Origin: Thermoplasmata archaeon
Lineage (GTDB): Archaea; Thermoplasmatota; Thermoplasmata; Lutacidiplasmatales; UBA184
DNA: 55,247 bases
Assembly (NCBI GenBank): GCA_030041075.1
Contig: JASHOP010000098.1
Location: 1-55,247 of the forward strand
Direction: 5' to 3'
The translations under genes and the position numbers were made by a program. The first letter of the stretch is position 1, and each line of letters opens with the position of its first letter. The notes under the pieces are model-generated. The model made no database searches, had not been told where the DNA came from, and saw nothing but the letters and a program-made list of their open reading frames with translations. Positions 8,126-17,167 of this stretch are shown here, piece by piece.

Positions 8126-9123
8126 CCGGACGGGGGACGCCGGGGAACGGACGGCGCCGATGCGGACCCCCCTCCCGTCGAGGCTCCCGGCCCCCGGTCC
8201 AGCGCGCCCGGGACGATCGGGGCCGTGTGGGTGCGGCGTTCGGTCTCGCGGGCCGCGCGCTCCCGGAGGTAGTCCAGGATCGACGGCCAGACCGTCCCGT
8301 CCGCCCGCTGCTTGTTCTCGAAGTTGTGCTCCCCGACGAACCGGGCGAACGCGGCCTGGCTCGCCGGGTCCCAGGTCCCGTTGAGCCGGCCGGTGTAGTA
8401 GCCGAGCACCGCGAGGTCGTGCTGGAGCGCGGCGGCGGTCTCCCCCTCGATACGGAGTAGGGTCGACTCGTCCTCGCGCGAGAGCATCGTGAGGTCGTAC
8501 AGCCGGAATATCCGCCGGAGCTCCTCGATCGGGTGCGGGTGATCGTCGACGCGCAGGTCGACCCACCGGTCGCCCTTCCCGCCGTACCCTCCGCCCGGTT
8601 TCGCGACGACCAGCGCCGCCGACTGCATCCCGCGCCGGTCGCCGCCCTCCCGCTGGCCGGCCGCGAGGGCGGCGAGGAGGCGGTCGAGGATGTCGCCCCG
8701 CGTCGAGTCGTACGCCCGGGCCATCGCGCGCACCACGTCGGGGCCGACCAGGATGTTGCCCTGGCAGGCGAACCCCGTACCGACCTCGTGGCCGGCCCAG
8801 GCGAGGCATTTCGCGCCCGTGAACGCCGCGGCCCGGCCCCGGGCGTCGACGACCCCGAGCTGACGCTCGTCCCGCCCCGGGTCGGCGGACGTCAGGCGGC
8901 GGACGACCTCCTCCGCCGCCACGCCCTGCCGCAGCAGGGCCAGGCCCTCCGGCCCGTACGATGCGTTGGCGAGCGCCTGGGTCGCGACCGCTCCCGCGCC
9001 GGCCTCCGCGAACGGGACGACCGCGCCCACCGCGATGAACTTCGACTGGACCGCGACCCCCCAGGCGCCGGTCTCGGCGTCGTGGGCGACGATCGAGAAC
9101 GTCCCGAACGCCGGAACGGGCAT
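8122..9123 (-). CDS. DUF1028 (Ntn-hydrolase fold) protein with C-terminal PG_binding_1-like domain
   Basis: The N-terminus GTFSIVAHDAETGAWGVAV is the DUF1028 signature. The C-terminal LQHDLAVLGYYTGRLNGTWDPASQAAFARFV matches the putative peptidoglycan-binding repeat. Confidence 0.75.
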   Translation of the reverse strand: MPVPAFGTFSIVAHDAETGAWGVAVQSKFIAVGAVVPFAEAGAGAVATQALANASYGPEGLALLRQGVAAEEVVRRLTSADPGRDERQLGVVDARGRAAAFTGAKCLAWAGHEVGTGFACQGNILVGPDVVRAMARAYDSTRGDILDRLLAALAAGQREGGDRRGMQSAALVVAKPGGGYGGKGDRWVDLRVDDHPHPIEELRRIFRLYDLTMLSREDESTLLRIEGETAAALQHDLAVLGYYTGRLNGTWDPASQAAFARFVGEHNFENKQRADGTVWPSILDYLRERAARETERRTHTAPIVPGALDRGPGASTGGGSASAPSVPRRPPSG

Positions 9124-9199
9124 CTCCCGACCCGACCCGGCCGGGACCCTTAACGTCTAGGCGCCGCCGGACCCCCCGGGGAGGGCCCGCGGCCCCGAC

Positions 9200-9832
9200 C
9201 TACGCTTCCTCGGCTCCGGCCTCGCCGGCCGGGGCGGACGGCGGGCGCGCCGCGACCGACTTCGGCCGGGGGAGCCGCGGGCGCAGCGAGCTCCAGAGCC
9301 CGTCGATCCGCTCGTGGACGGCGGCCGTCGAGCCGCCGCGGGCGAGCTCCGCCCGGGCGCCGTCCAGCGCGGAGGAAAGGTCGTGGGTGGCGATCCCGTG
9401 CTGGGCGGCCCAGGCGACGCACCCGTCGGCGAGGGCGATCTGGACGTCGGCCTCCTTGCGGGCGCGCCGCGCCTCCTTCTCGGGGGGCGGCAGCGCATGG
9501 TCCGGGTCCCAGGACGGTGGCATCGGCGGGGGGATCGACACCCGGAGGAGGCGGAACGGCTCGGGGATCGTCGGCCAGCGCGGCTCGGCGAAGCGGACGG
9601 AGAGCACGTCGAGCTGGGCCGTCGCCCCCGGAAAGTCGGACGCGGCGAACGCCGACTCGGCCTTCTCGAACGGGTTCACGAGGTCGGGCGACGGCGCGCC
9701 CTTCCAGACGTCGAGCAGGAGGGTCACCTGCGACGGCACGAGCCGCCGCAGGACCCTCCGGTCCGGAGGGTCCGGGGCCGGCGGAGTCGGGGCGGGGGCC
9801 TGGTCGGGCGGGCGGTTCGGAGCTCCGGGCAT
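9200..9832 (-). CDS. Hypothetical protein (no family recognised)
   Basis: 210 aa with an ATG start 16 nt after the GGR stop. Third-position GC is very high and the central and C-terminal parts have normal composition (FEKAESAFAASDFPGATAQLDVLSVRF, ALADGCVAWAAQHGIATHDL). Confidence 0.6.
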   Translation of the reverse strand: MPGAPNRPPDQAPAPTPPAPDPPDRRVLRRLVPSQVTLLLDVWKGAPSPDLVNPFEKAESAFAASDFPGATAQLDVLSVRFAEPRWPTIPEPFRLLRVSIPPPMPPSWDPDHALPPPEKEARRARKEADVQIALADGCVAWAAQHGIATHDLSSALDGARAELARGGSTAAVHERIDGLWSSLRPRLPRPKSVAARPPSAPAGEAGAEEA

Positions 9833-9848
9833 GGCGGGCGGCGGGGGT

Positions 9849-11039
9849 TCAGAGGAACGCCTCGAACTCCTTCGTCACCTCGGGGTACTTCTCGCGCACC
9901 GCGCGCAGGATGTTGTGGACGTTGAGCTTCTCGAGCTTCACGCCGGAGAGCGCGTCGACGATCTTGTCGAACGTCGCGTCGCTGAGCGTCACGAGCTTCT
10001 CCTTCGCGAGCCAGTTGCGGTAGAGCTTCTCCTCGAGCCGGGCCCGCCACGCCCGGTCGTACTTCCGGAGGAACTCCTGGGAGGCGTCCCGCGCCGCCAC
10101 CGCCTCGGCCGCCACGGTCCCGCAGATCTTGCCCGCGAGGCACCCGTTCGCGATGCCTCCGCCGGTGAGCGGGTCGATCATCCGGGCCGCGTCGCCGACG
10201 AGCATGATCCCGTCGGCGACGGTCTGCTTGAGCGGAGCGGAGATCGAGACCCCGCCTCCGACCATGTCGATCTTCTTCCCCTTCGCGTAGCCCGGGTGCT
10301 TCTCGATCCACCGATCGAGGTACGTCCGCGCGTCGGCGGGGTTCGCGACCTGGCTGACCTGGACCCCGATCCCGACGTTCGCGAGCCCGTCGCCCTTCGG
10401 GAAGACCCAGACGTAGCCGCCCGGAGCGACCTTCCCCAGGTAGAAGTCGCAGTAGCGGACGTCGCAGTCGACGTTCGTCATCCGATACTGGAGGCACGTG
10501 TCCATGTCCCGCATCGCGATGTTCGTCGGGATCCCGGCCCACCGTCCGACCTGGCTCTCGAACCCGTCGGCCCCGATCGTGACCGGGGCCCGGATCTCGA
10601 ACGGCTCGCCGAACGCCTTCGCGCGGACGCCGACGACGCGGCCGTCCTGCTTGAGCAGCGAGACCGCGGCGGTCTTCAGGAGGACGTCGACCCCCGCGTT
10701 CGCCGCGTCGATCGCGAGCTGCTTGTCGAACTCGTCGCGCTCGACGACGTAGCCGACCTCGTTGCCGGCGTGCTTCTCATTGATCTCGAAGACGTTCTCC
10801 GACGGGGAGTAGATCCTCGCCCCTTCGACCTCGACGTTGATCCAGCGCCCGGGCCGGATCTCGACCTCCTGGAGCCAGTCCTTGCTCATCCCCTCGCCGC
10901 ACCGGACGGGGCTGCCGATCTCCTGGCGCTTCTCGATCATCACGACCTTCGCGCCGCGCTTGGCAGCCCACTTGGCCGTCATGCTGCCGGCGGGCCCGGC
11001 GCCGACGACGAGGACGTCGGTCGTGAGGTTCTTGACCAT
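9849..11039 (-). CDS. Digeranylgeranylglycerophospholipid (geranylgeranyl) reductase
   Basis: 396 aa. Carries the FAD motif VLVVGAGPAGS and the archaeal GGR signature IGSPVRCGEG. Confidence 0.8.
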   Translation of the reverse strand: MVKNLTTDVLVVGAGPAGSMTAKWAAKRGAKVVMIEKRQEIGSPVRCGEGMSKDWLQEVEIRPGRWINVEVEGARIYSPSENVFEINEKHAGNEVGYVVERDEFDKQLAIDAANAGVDVLLKTAAVSLLKQDGRVVGVRAKAFGEPFEIRAPVTIGADGFESQVGRWAGIPTNIAMRDMDTCLQYRMTNVDCDVRYCDFYLGKVAPGGYVWVFPKGDGLANVGIGVQVSQVANPADARTYLDRWIEKHPGYAKGKKIDMVGGGVSISAPLKQTVADGIMLVGDAARMIDPLTGGGIANGCLAGKICGTVAAEAVAARDASQEFLRKYDRAWRARLEEKLYRNWLAKEKLVTLSDATFDKIVDALSGVKLEKLNVHNILRAVREKYPEVTKEFEAFL

Positions 11040-11061
11040 CCGACGTTCTCCCCGGCGGCCC

Positions 11062-11274
11062 TCAGTCGATCTCGATCGCGCCGACCGGGCACGCCTTGAC
11101 GCAGATCTCGCACCGGGTGCAGACCTTCTCGTCGAACGTGATGCGCGTCTCGTCGAGGTAGATGCAGTTGAGCGGGCAGATCCCGACGCACGCCCCGCAG
11201 TAGATGCAGAGCTGCCCGGACGACTCGATGTGGAGGCTCTTCTTGTTCGGCACGGGCGGGTCCGGGCGTGACAC
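11062..11274 (-). CDS. 2x[4Fe-4S] ferredoxin. An alternative GTG start lies at 11253.
   Basis: Two CxxCxxCxxxCP motifs are present (CIYCGACVGICP and CTRCEICVKACP). Confidence 0.8.
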   Translation of the reverse strand: MSRPDPPVPNKKSLHIESSGQLCIYCGACVGICPLNCIYLDETRITFDEKVCTRCEICVKACPVGAIEID

Positions 11275-11295
11275 CGGGCCGAACGTAATTAAAGG

Positions 11296-12261
11296 CTACT
11301 TGGGAGACGCGGACCCCGCCGGCGGCGCCGGCCGCTCGGCGAGCCACCGCTCGGCGTCGATCGCCGCCATGCACCCCGCCCCGGCCGCGCTGACCGCCTG
11401 GCGGTAGCGGTGGTCGCTCACGTCGCCCGCGCCGAACACCCCGTCCACGCTCGTCCGGGTCTGGTCGTGGAGGCGGAGGTACCCCTTCGCGTCGAGCTCG
11501 AGCGACCCGCGGAACACCTCGGTGGCCGGGTCGTGGCCGATCGCGACGAAGAGGCCCCCGACCTTGAGCTCGCTCGGGGCCCGCGTGCGCGCGTGGCGAA
11601 GTCGGAGGCCCTCGACCTTCTCCGCCCCCAGCACCTCCTCGACCTCCGTCTCGAGCCGGATCGCGATCTTCGGGTGCGTCGTCGCCCGCTGCTGCATGAT
11701 CCGGCTCGCGCGGAAGCGGTCCCGGCGGTGGATGATCGTCACCTTCGTCGCGAAGTTCGTGAGGAACAGCGCCTCCTCCATCGCCGAGTCGCCCCCGCCG
11801 ACGACCGCGAGCTCGGACCCTTTGAAGAAGAACCCATCGCACGTCGCGCAGGCGCTGACGCCGTGACCCCGGAGCCGGGCCTCGGACGGAAGGCCGAGCC
11901 AGCGGGCGTTCGCCCCGGTCGTGACGATCACGGCGTCCGCGCGGAAGGCGCCGCGGGTCCCGGTCTCCAGCCGGAACGGGCGCCCGGCGAAGTCGACGCG
12001 GGTCACGTTGTCGTCCACGAACTCCGCGCCGAACCGCTCGGCCTGCCGGCGCATCCGTTCGACGAGCTCGGGGCCCTGGATCCCCTCCGGGAAGCCGGGG
12101 AAGTTCTCGACGTCGGTGGTGATCAGGAGCTGGCCCCCGGGCGGTATCCCGGCGAGGACGACCGGCTTCAGCTCGGCGCGGGCGCAGTAGAGCGCGGCCG
12201 TGAGCCCGGCCGGACCGCTCCCGACGATCGCGACGCGCGCGGCTCGCCCGTCGGACGCCAT
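11296..12261 (-). CDS. trxB: Thioredoxin-disulfide reductase
   Basis: The ATG at 12261 (MASDGRAARVAIVGSGPAGLTAA) opens the gene. Carries the redox-active CATCDG, plus GGGDSAMEEA and GVFGAGDV. The upstream part of the 511-aa track ORF is Arg/Pro junk. Confidence 0.9.
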   Translation of the reverse strand: MASDGRAARVAIVGSGPAGLTAALYCARAELKPVVLAGIPPGGQLLITTDVENFPGFPEGIQGPELVERMRRQAERFGAEFVDDNVTRVDFAGRPFRLETGTRGAFRADAVIVTTGANARWLGLPSEARLRGHGVSACATCDGFFFKGSELAVVGGGDSAMEEALFLTNFATKVTIIHRRDRFRASRIMQQRATTHPKIAIRLETEVEEVLGAEKVEGLRLRHARTRAPSELKVGGLFVAIGHDPATEVFRGSLELDAKGYLRLHDQTRTSVDGVFGAGDVSDHRYRQAVSAAGAGCMAAIDAERWLAERPAPPAGSASPK

Positions 12262-12285
12262 CGGTCGAACGACGGCGCGGGGGAG

Positions 12286-12291
12286 TTTAAG
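12286..12291 (-). promoter_or_regulatory. TATA-like box (CTTAAA on the coding strand) for trxB
   Basis: An isolated A/T hexamer in a GC-rich spacer, 25-30 nt upstream of the ATG at 12261. This implies a leaderless or very short-leader mRNA. Confidence 0.35.
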
Positions 12292-12350
12292 CGACACGCC
12301 CCGGGGGCCCGGCCGCCGACCGGGTCCCGCTCCCGGGCGGGCTCGACGCC

Positions 12351-12887
12351 TCAGTCCCGCGGCCGCGGGCCGGGGAGGTGGAGCCGACCGTCCGGGTCGG
12401 CCTCGCCGTACGACGAGCGGTAGAACAGGAGCGGGGCGGCGTCCCGGCCCCGCTCGACGCGGATCACCTCGCCGACGACCAGGACGTGGTCGTAGAGAGG
12501 GGTCATCGAGGCGAGCCGGCACTCGGCCGCGCCCAGCGACCCGTCCGGTAGCGCGGCGCCCGTCGTCCCGCGGTGGACCGGCAGCCCATGGAACTTCTCG
12601 GCGGGCGGTACCGACCGCGCGAACCGCTCGCTGAGCGCGCGCTGGTCGGCGGCGAGGAAGCTCACCGCGAACGACCGGGCCGCTTCGAGCACCGGCAGGG
12701 TATCGACCTCCCGCTGGAGGCTGACCAGGACCGCGGGCGGGGCGAGGGAGACGGAGAGGAACGCGTTCACCGTCAGCCCCGCGTCGCGCGTCCCGTCGCG
12801 AGCCGTGACGACGGAGACGCCCGTCGCCCACGCCCCCATGAACCGGCGGAACGTCTCCGCGTCGACCGCGGGCGGGCCCGGCGTCAT
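12351..12887 (-). CDS. Flavin reductase family protein (FMN-binding split barrel, HpaC/RutF-like)
   Basis: The ATG at 12887 overlaps the permease stop (ATGA). FRRFMGAWATGVSVVTA and LTVNAFLSVSLAPP match the flavin_reduct family pattern. Confidence 0.75.
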   Translation of the reverse strand: MTPGPPAVDAETFRRFMGAWATGVSVVTARDGTRDAGLTVNAFLSVSLAPPAVLVSLQREVDTLPVLEAARSFAVSFLAADQRALSERFARSVPPAEKFHGLPVHRGTTGAALPDGSLGAAECRLASMTPLYDHVLVVGEVIRVERGRDAAPLLFYRSSYGEADPDGRLHLPGPRPRD

Positions 12888-14005
12888 CGCTCCTCCCGCC
12901 ACTGGAACAGCCGGACCGCGAGCGCGAACACTACGATCGACGCGGCGAGGACGATCAGGAGGTCGGAGAGGGCCCGGCCGGGGTTCTGGAACAGCATCAC
13001 CTGGTTCATCCCGTCGATGACGTAGTAGAGCGGCATCGCGTGGGCGACCGCGGCGAGGTCCGGCGGGAAGCTGGAGACCTGGAAGAACGTTCCCGAGAGG
13101 AACATCATCGGGAACGTCACGATGTTGCCGATCAGCGCGGCCGCCTCGGGCGTCTTCGAGACCGTCCCGCAGAGCATGCCCAGCGAGACGAAGAAGAACG
13201 GCCCGACGACCAGGAACGGCACCATGCCGAGGGTGAGCGTCACGTGCGCGCCGAACGCGTAGACCCCCGTCCCGATCACGATCAGGGCCGCGACGAACGT
13301 GAGGAGGATGTACCAGACCACCCGGGCGGTCAGCCACTCGCCGCGGGTGAGCGGCGTCAGCGAGAGCTGCCGGAAGATCCCCTGCTTGCGGTACGACGAC
13401 GAGATCTCGACGAGCGAGAACATCGGGCTCGTCAGGATCGAGAACCCGATGAGCCCGGGGATGAGGTAGTCGATGTACGTGTAGATCGGCCGGCCGACGT
13501 TGTGCAGCGGCGCGAGGGCGATCACGGGGGCGCAGTCGGTCGCGTGCCCGCACTTCGCCTCGAGGTTGAACGACGCGGCGACGCCCTGGACGGCGGAGAC
13601 GACCTCCCCCTCGGCCGTGGCGTCCTCGGGGTTGACGAAGAGCGTGAGGTTCGTCGTCGAGTTGTTCGTGGCGTTCGCTTCAAACCCGTCCGGGATGATC
13701 ATCCCCGCCGAGTAGCCGTTCTGGCCGAGCCACGTCCCGAAGTCCGAGGGCGTGACGTTCACGGGCTGGACGGAGACCAGGGTGGTGTTGTCGAGCGCGC
13801 TCAGGAACTCCTGGCTGTAGGGCGAATCGTGATCCTCGTTGAGGACGATCAGCGTCGTCGAGGTGGAGCCGATCGTGGAGAAGATCAGCCCGAACAGTCC
13901 GATGAGGATGATCGGGAAGATGAGCGAGAAGAAGAGCGCGACGGGGTTCCTCGTGTACGATCGCACGACGACCCGGAGGTCGGCGCCGATGCGGGCCGGC
14001 TTCAC
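12884..14005 (-). CDS. ABC-2 type transporter permease
   Basis: The GTG at 14005 overlaps the ATPase stop (GTGA). One N-terminal TM segment is followed by a large extracytoplasmic loop, and then about 5 TM segments. Confidence 0.8.
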   Translation of the reverse strand: MKPARIGADLRVVVRSYTRNPVALFFSLIFPIILIGLFGLIFSTIGSTSTTLIVLNEDHDSPYSQEFLSALDNTTLVSVQPVNVTPSDFGTWLGQNGYSAGMIIPDGFEANATNNSTTNLTLFVNPEDATAEGEVVSAVQGVAASFNLEAKCGHATDCAPVIALAPLHNVGRPIYTYIDYLIPGLIGFSILTSPMFSLVEISSSYRKQGIFRQLSLTPLTRGEWLTARVVWYILLTFVAALIVIGTGVYAFGAHVTLTLGMVPFLVVGPFFFVSLGMLCGTVSKTPEAAALIGNIVTFPMMFLSGTFFQVSSFPPDLAAVAHAMPLYYVIDGMNQVMLFQNPGRALSDLLIVLAASIVVFALAVRLFQWREER

Positions 14006-14934
14006 GGGGGGACCTCGGACTTGAGCGCGCCGTCGTCCATCCGGCCGACCATGCGCACGAACACGTCCTCGAGCGTGTCGTCCTGCGTCGTGAACGAGTC
14101 CCACGTGATCCCGCTCCGCTCGATCGCCGAGAGGACGCGCAGCGCGTCCCGCTTGTCGCCGAGGTCGACCTCGACGTGGCCGTCCTCGAACCGCGCCTCG
14201 ATCCCCAGCTCCTTCCGAAGGAACCCGGCGAGCTCGGGGGGCGCCGCGACCCTCAGGCGGGCCGGCCGGCCGTTCGCGCGGATGATCTCGCCCGGGGTGC
14301 CGGACGCGATGATCCGCCCGCCGTGGATGATCGCGACGCGGTCGGCGAGCTGCTGGGCCTCGTCGAGGTAGTGCGTCGTCAGGAAGACGGTGCGCCCGTC
14401 CCCGCGGAGCGACCGGATGACGCTCCAGATCGCCCGCCGGGCGTGGGGGTCGAGCCCGGTGGTCGGCTCGTCGAGGAAGCAGACCTCGGGATCGTTCGTG
14501 AGGGAGAGCGCGAGGCCGAGCTTCTGCTTCTGGCCCCCGGAGAGGGTGTCGAACCGCGCGTCGGCCTTGTCGAGCAGCTCGACGCGGGCGAGGAGCTCCG
14601 CCGGGTCGACGGCGCTGCCGAAGAGGGTGCGATAGTACTCGACGGCCTCCTTCGGGGTGATCTTGTCGAAGAAGCCGAACTCCTGCGGGATCACGCCGAT
14701 CCGGCGGTGGAGCTTCTCCCCCTCGGTCCACGGGTCGAGCCCGAGCACGGCCACCGACCCTTCCGTCCGTCGCCGCAGGCCCTCGAGGATCTCGACCGTC
14801 GTGGTCTTGCCCGCCCCGTTCGGGCCGAGGAAGGCGAACACCGTCCCCGCGGGGACGTCGAAATCGACGCCCGCCACCGCGACGACCTCCGCGTAGCGCT
14901 TGACCAGGCCCTGGACCTCGATCGCGGCGGCCAT
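14002..14934 (-). CDS. ABC transporter ATP-binding protein (ABC-2/DrrA-like exporter type)
   Basis: Carries Walker A GPNGAGKTT, the signature LSGGQKQKL and Walker B FLDEPTTGLD. Confidence 0.9.
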   Translation of the reverse strand: MAAAIEVQGLVKRYAEVVAVAGVDFDVPAGTVFAFLGPNGAGKTTTVEILEGLRRRTEGSVAVLGLDPWTEGEKLHRRIGVIPQEFGFFDKITPKEAVEYYRTLFGSAVDPAELLARVELLDKADARFDTLSGGQKQKLGLALSLTNDPEVCFLDEPTTGLDPHARRAIWSVIRSLRGDGRTVFLTTHYLDEAQQLADRVAIIHGGRIIASGTPGEIIRANGRPARLRVAAPPELAGFLRKELGIEARFEDGHVEVDLGDKRDALRVLSAIERSGITWDSFTTQDDTLEDVFVRMVGRMDDGALKSEVPP

Positions 14935-14957
14935 CCGCGGGCCCCGTGCGGCGCCGG

Positions 14958-14963
14958 TTTAAG
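14958..14963 (-). promoter_or_regulatory. TATA-like box (CTTAAA on the coding strand) for the ABC-2 operon
   Basis: GGTTTAAGAAGG is the only A/T-rich patch in the 52-nt GDE-ABC spacer. It lies 24-29 nt upstream of the ATG at 14934. Confidence 0.35.
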
Positions 14964-14986
14964 AAGGCGCCCGGAGGCGTCCGCGC

Positions 14987-17167
14987 CTAGGCCGGGGCGA
15001 GCGTCCCGTGTCCGCCGGGTCCGACGCGCAGGGTGCGGGACGGGCCCGAGACCGCGAGGTCCGCCGGGCCGGACCACGTCACGTCGATCGACCCGGGGGT
15101 CCAGCCGATCGCGACGCGGCCCGGACCGACGCGGAGCCCGTCGATCGACGCCGCCGTCCAGCCAGTAGGGAACTGGGGGTTCACGCCGAGCGATCGCCGT
15201 CGCGCGTCGACCGAGAGCCCCCAGAGCCGCTCGAACAGGACCGTGAGGAACGGCGCGACGCTGAGGCCGAGGAGGAAGCACGAGTTGAACGGCTCGGGCC
15301 GATCGCCCCGGTAGCATTCGTTCGCCTGCCCGTCCTCCGCGAGGTACCGGGCGGCGATCCGGCCGAGGAAGTCGATCCCGAGCGAGCGGTCGCCGGCCGC
15401 GAACGCCGCGTCCGCGGCCCAGGCGGTCGCGATCGTCCAGACCTGGCCGTCGTGGTAGGCGACCGGCGAGTACTCGGGGTCGGTGGTCGAGAGCGTCCGG
15501 ACCCCCCACGGGGTGGAGAGGTCGTCCCGCGCCGCGCGGCGGACGATCGCCCGTCCTGCGGCGGGGTCGAACAATCCGGCGCTTACGGCCCGCAGGGCGT
15601 TCGGGCGGATCCGCGCGACCGGCTCCCCTGCGCGCAGCGAGTCGTAGAGATACGACTGGTCCGCCCAGACGTACCGGGCGCGCACGGACGCCGCGGTACG
15701 GGCCGCGAGGGCCCGGTTCGGGTCCTCGGCCGGGGCGACGGGACCGTCGCCGGCCAGCTCCGCCGCGGACCGCAGCGCCTGGTACCAGAGGACCTGGACG
15801 TCGATCGCCTGGTCGCGCCGGTCGGCGGAGTCCCAGATCGTCGTGTCGGGGGCGTCGATCCCGTACCGGACCCGTGCGATCGACCCGGTCGCGGCCTCCA
15901 TCGCGTGGGCCTCGCCCCCGTTGCGGATGAGGCCGGTCGCGTCGTCGGTGCGGCGACGCCCCCACGCGATCGCCCGCTCGACCGCCGGCCGCCAGTCGCC
16001 GGCGACGGAGGCGTCGCCCGAGTGCCGGACGAATCGGACGGCGAGCTCCGGGTAGTAGAGCGTCGTGTCCGAGGTCCCGTAGAGGAAGATCGGGCCGGGG
16101 CTGAGCTGCATCGGCAACTCCCCGGCCTCGCCGCCCAGGAGGCTCAGCTCGGCGCGGGCCTGGAACCGGAGCACGGAGGCGATCGACCGGGCGGCCCAGC
16201 CCAGGTCGCCGAGCCACAGGACCGCCGGGACCATCCACGCGATGTCGCGGCACCAGAGCGCCGAGTACCACGGGTAGCCGGCGACGAGCCCGGTCAGGTC
16301 CTCTCCGGGGCTCGCGTAGAGGCGCCGCAATGACGCGCGGGCCCGCTCGTACGCCCGCTCGAGCTCGGGCGCCGCGGGGAACCTCAGGACCGGGGTGGAG
16401 GCGAGCCAGGCCGCCTCCCGTCGCTCCGACTCCGCCGCCTCGGCGGCCGGGTCGCGGAGCGTCCGGGCGGGCGGGTCGTCGAGGCGCTCGAGGTCCCGTT
16501 CCAGGCCGCCGACGATCGCGATCCGCAGCCGGACCTCGGCCCCGGCGGAGACCGTCAGTTCGTGTACGGAGGCGACCTCCTCGACGGGACCGCGGTACCT
16601 CCCGCCGAGCCAGGAGCTCCGGTTGAGCAGGAGGTGGCCCGGCGCGACGTCGAACCGGCACGACAGCGCGAACGCGCGCTGGCGCACGCGGACCTCGTCC
16701 GGTCGCGTCTCGACCTGGAACGTCAGTGGGCGGAGCCCCTCGACCAGGACCGGGAGGAGGAACGGCTCGAAGGAGTTCGTGACCTCGACGCGGACCGGAT
16801 CGCCGCCCGAGAGCGAGAACCGGAGATCCCGGACCGCCCCCGGGGCGTCCAGGAGCGGCACGATCTCCTGGTGCACGACGAGCCGATCCGCCCGATGCCA
16901 GCTCTCGTAGCGGTCGCCGACGACCTGCGACGCGGTCCGGGTGGCGGGCAGCTCCGAGGTCCGGTCCGGGCGGTCGAACGAGACCCGCCAGCGCCCGGTC
17001 AGCCGGGCGAGCTGGCCGTAGACCCCGCCCCATTCGACGTTCGCCCCCCGGGTCTCCCGCTGGAGCTCCACGTCCCCCCGCTCGTCTAAGAGGATCGCCG
17101 ACGCGAGGCTCCGGAGGAGCCGGGTCCGCGGTGCCGGGTCCGGCGCCGGGGGGAGCGGGCCGGTCAT
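14987..17167 (-). CDS. Amylo-alpha-1,6-glucosidase / glycogen-debranching-enzyme-like (GDE_C type, alpha/alpha-6 barrel) glycoside hydrolase
   Basis: The ATG at 17167 (MTGPLPP) overlaps the upstream ORF stop (ATGA). VAGYPWYSALWCRDIAW is GDE_C-like (GxPWFxxxFGRD), and WGVRTLS..YHDGQVW is also present. The upstream 152 aa of the track ORF is junk. Confidence 0.7.
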   Translation of the reverse strand: MTGPLPPAPDPAPRTRLLRSLASAILLDERGDVELQRETRGANVEWGGVYGQLARLTGRWRVSFDRPDRTSELPATRTASQVVGDRYESWHRADRLVVHQEIVPLLDAPGAVRDLRFSLSGGDPVRVEVTNSFEPFLLPVLVEGLRPLTFQVETRPDEVRVRQRAFALSCRFDVAPGHLLLNRSSWLGGRYRGPVEEVASVHELTVSAGAEVRLRIAIVGGLERDLERLDDPPARTLRDPAAEAAESERREAAWLASTPVLRFPAAPELERAYERARASLRRLYASPGEDLTGLVAGYPWYSALWCRDIAWMVPAVLWLGDLGWAARSIASVLRFQARAELSLLGGEAGELPMQLSPGPIFLYGTSDTTLYYPELAVRFVRHSGDASVAGDWRPAVERAIAWGRRRTDDATGLIRNGGEAHAMEAATGSIARVRYGIDAPDTTIWDSADRRDQAIDVQVLWYQALRSAAELAGDGPVAPAEDPNRALAARTAASVRARYVWADQSYLYDSLRAGEPVARIRPNALRAVSAGLFDPAAGRAIVRRAARDDLSTPWGVRTLSTTDPEYSPVAYHDGQVWTIATAWAADAAFAAGDRSLGIDFLGRIAARYLAEDGQANECYRGDRPEPFNSCFLLGLSVAPFLTVLFERLWGLSVDARRRSLGVNPQFPTGWTAASIDGLRVGPGRVAIGWTPGSIDVTWSGPADLAVSGPSRTLRVGPGGHGTLAPA

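Noticed and set aside
9849-11274. I considered the FAD oxidoreductase plus ferredoxin pair as FixC/FixX partners of the fused ETF.
   Set aside because: The oxidoreductase carries the archaeal GGR signature PVRCGEG. The ferredoxin is a 2x[4Fe-4S] type rather than FixX-like. The pair lies 2 kb away on the other strand from the ETF gene. It is better explained as GGR with its cognate ferredoxin.
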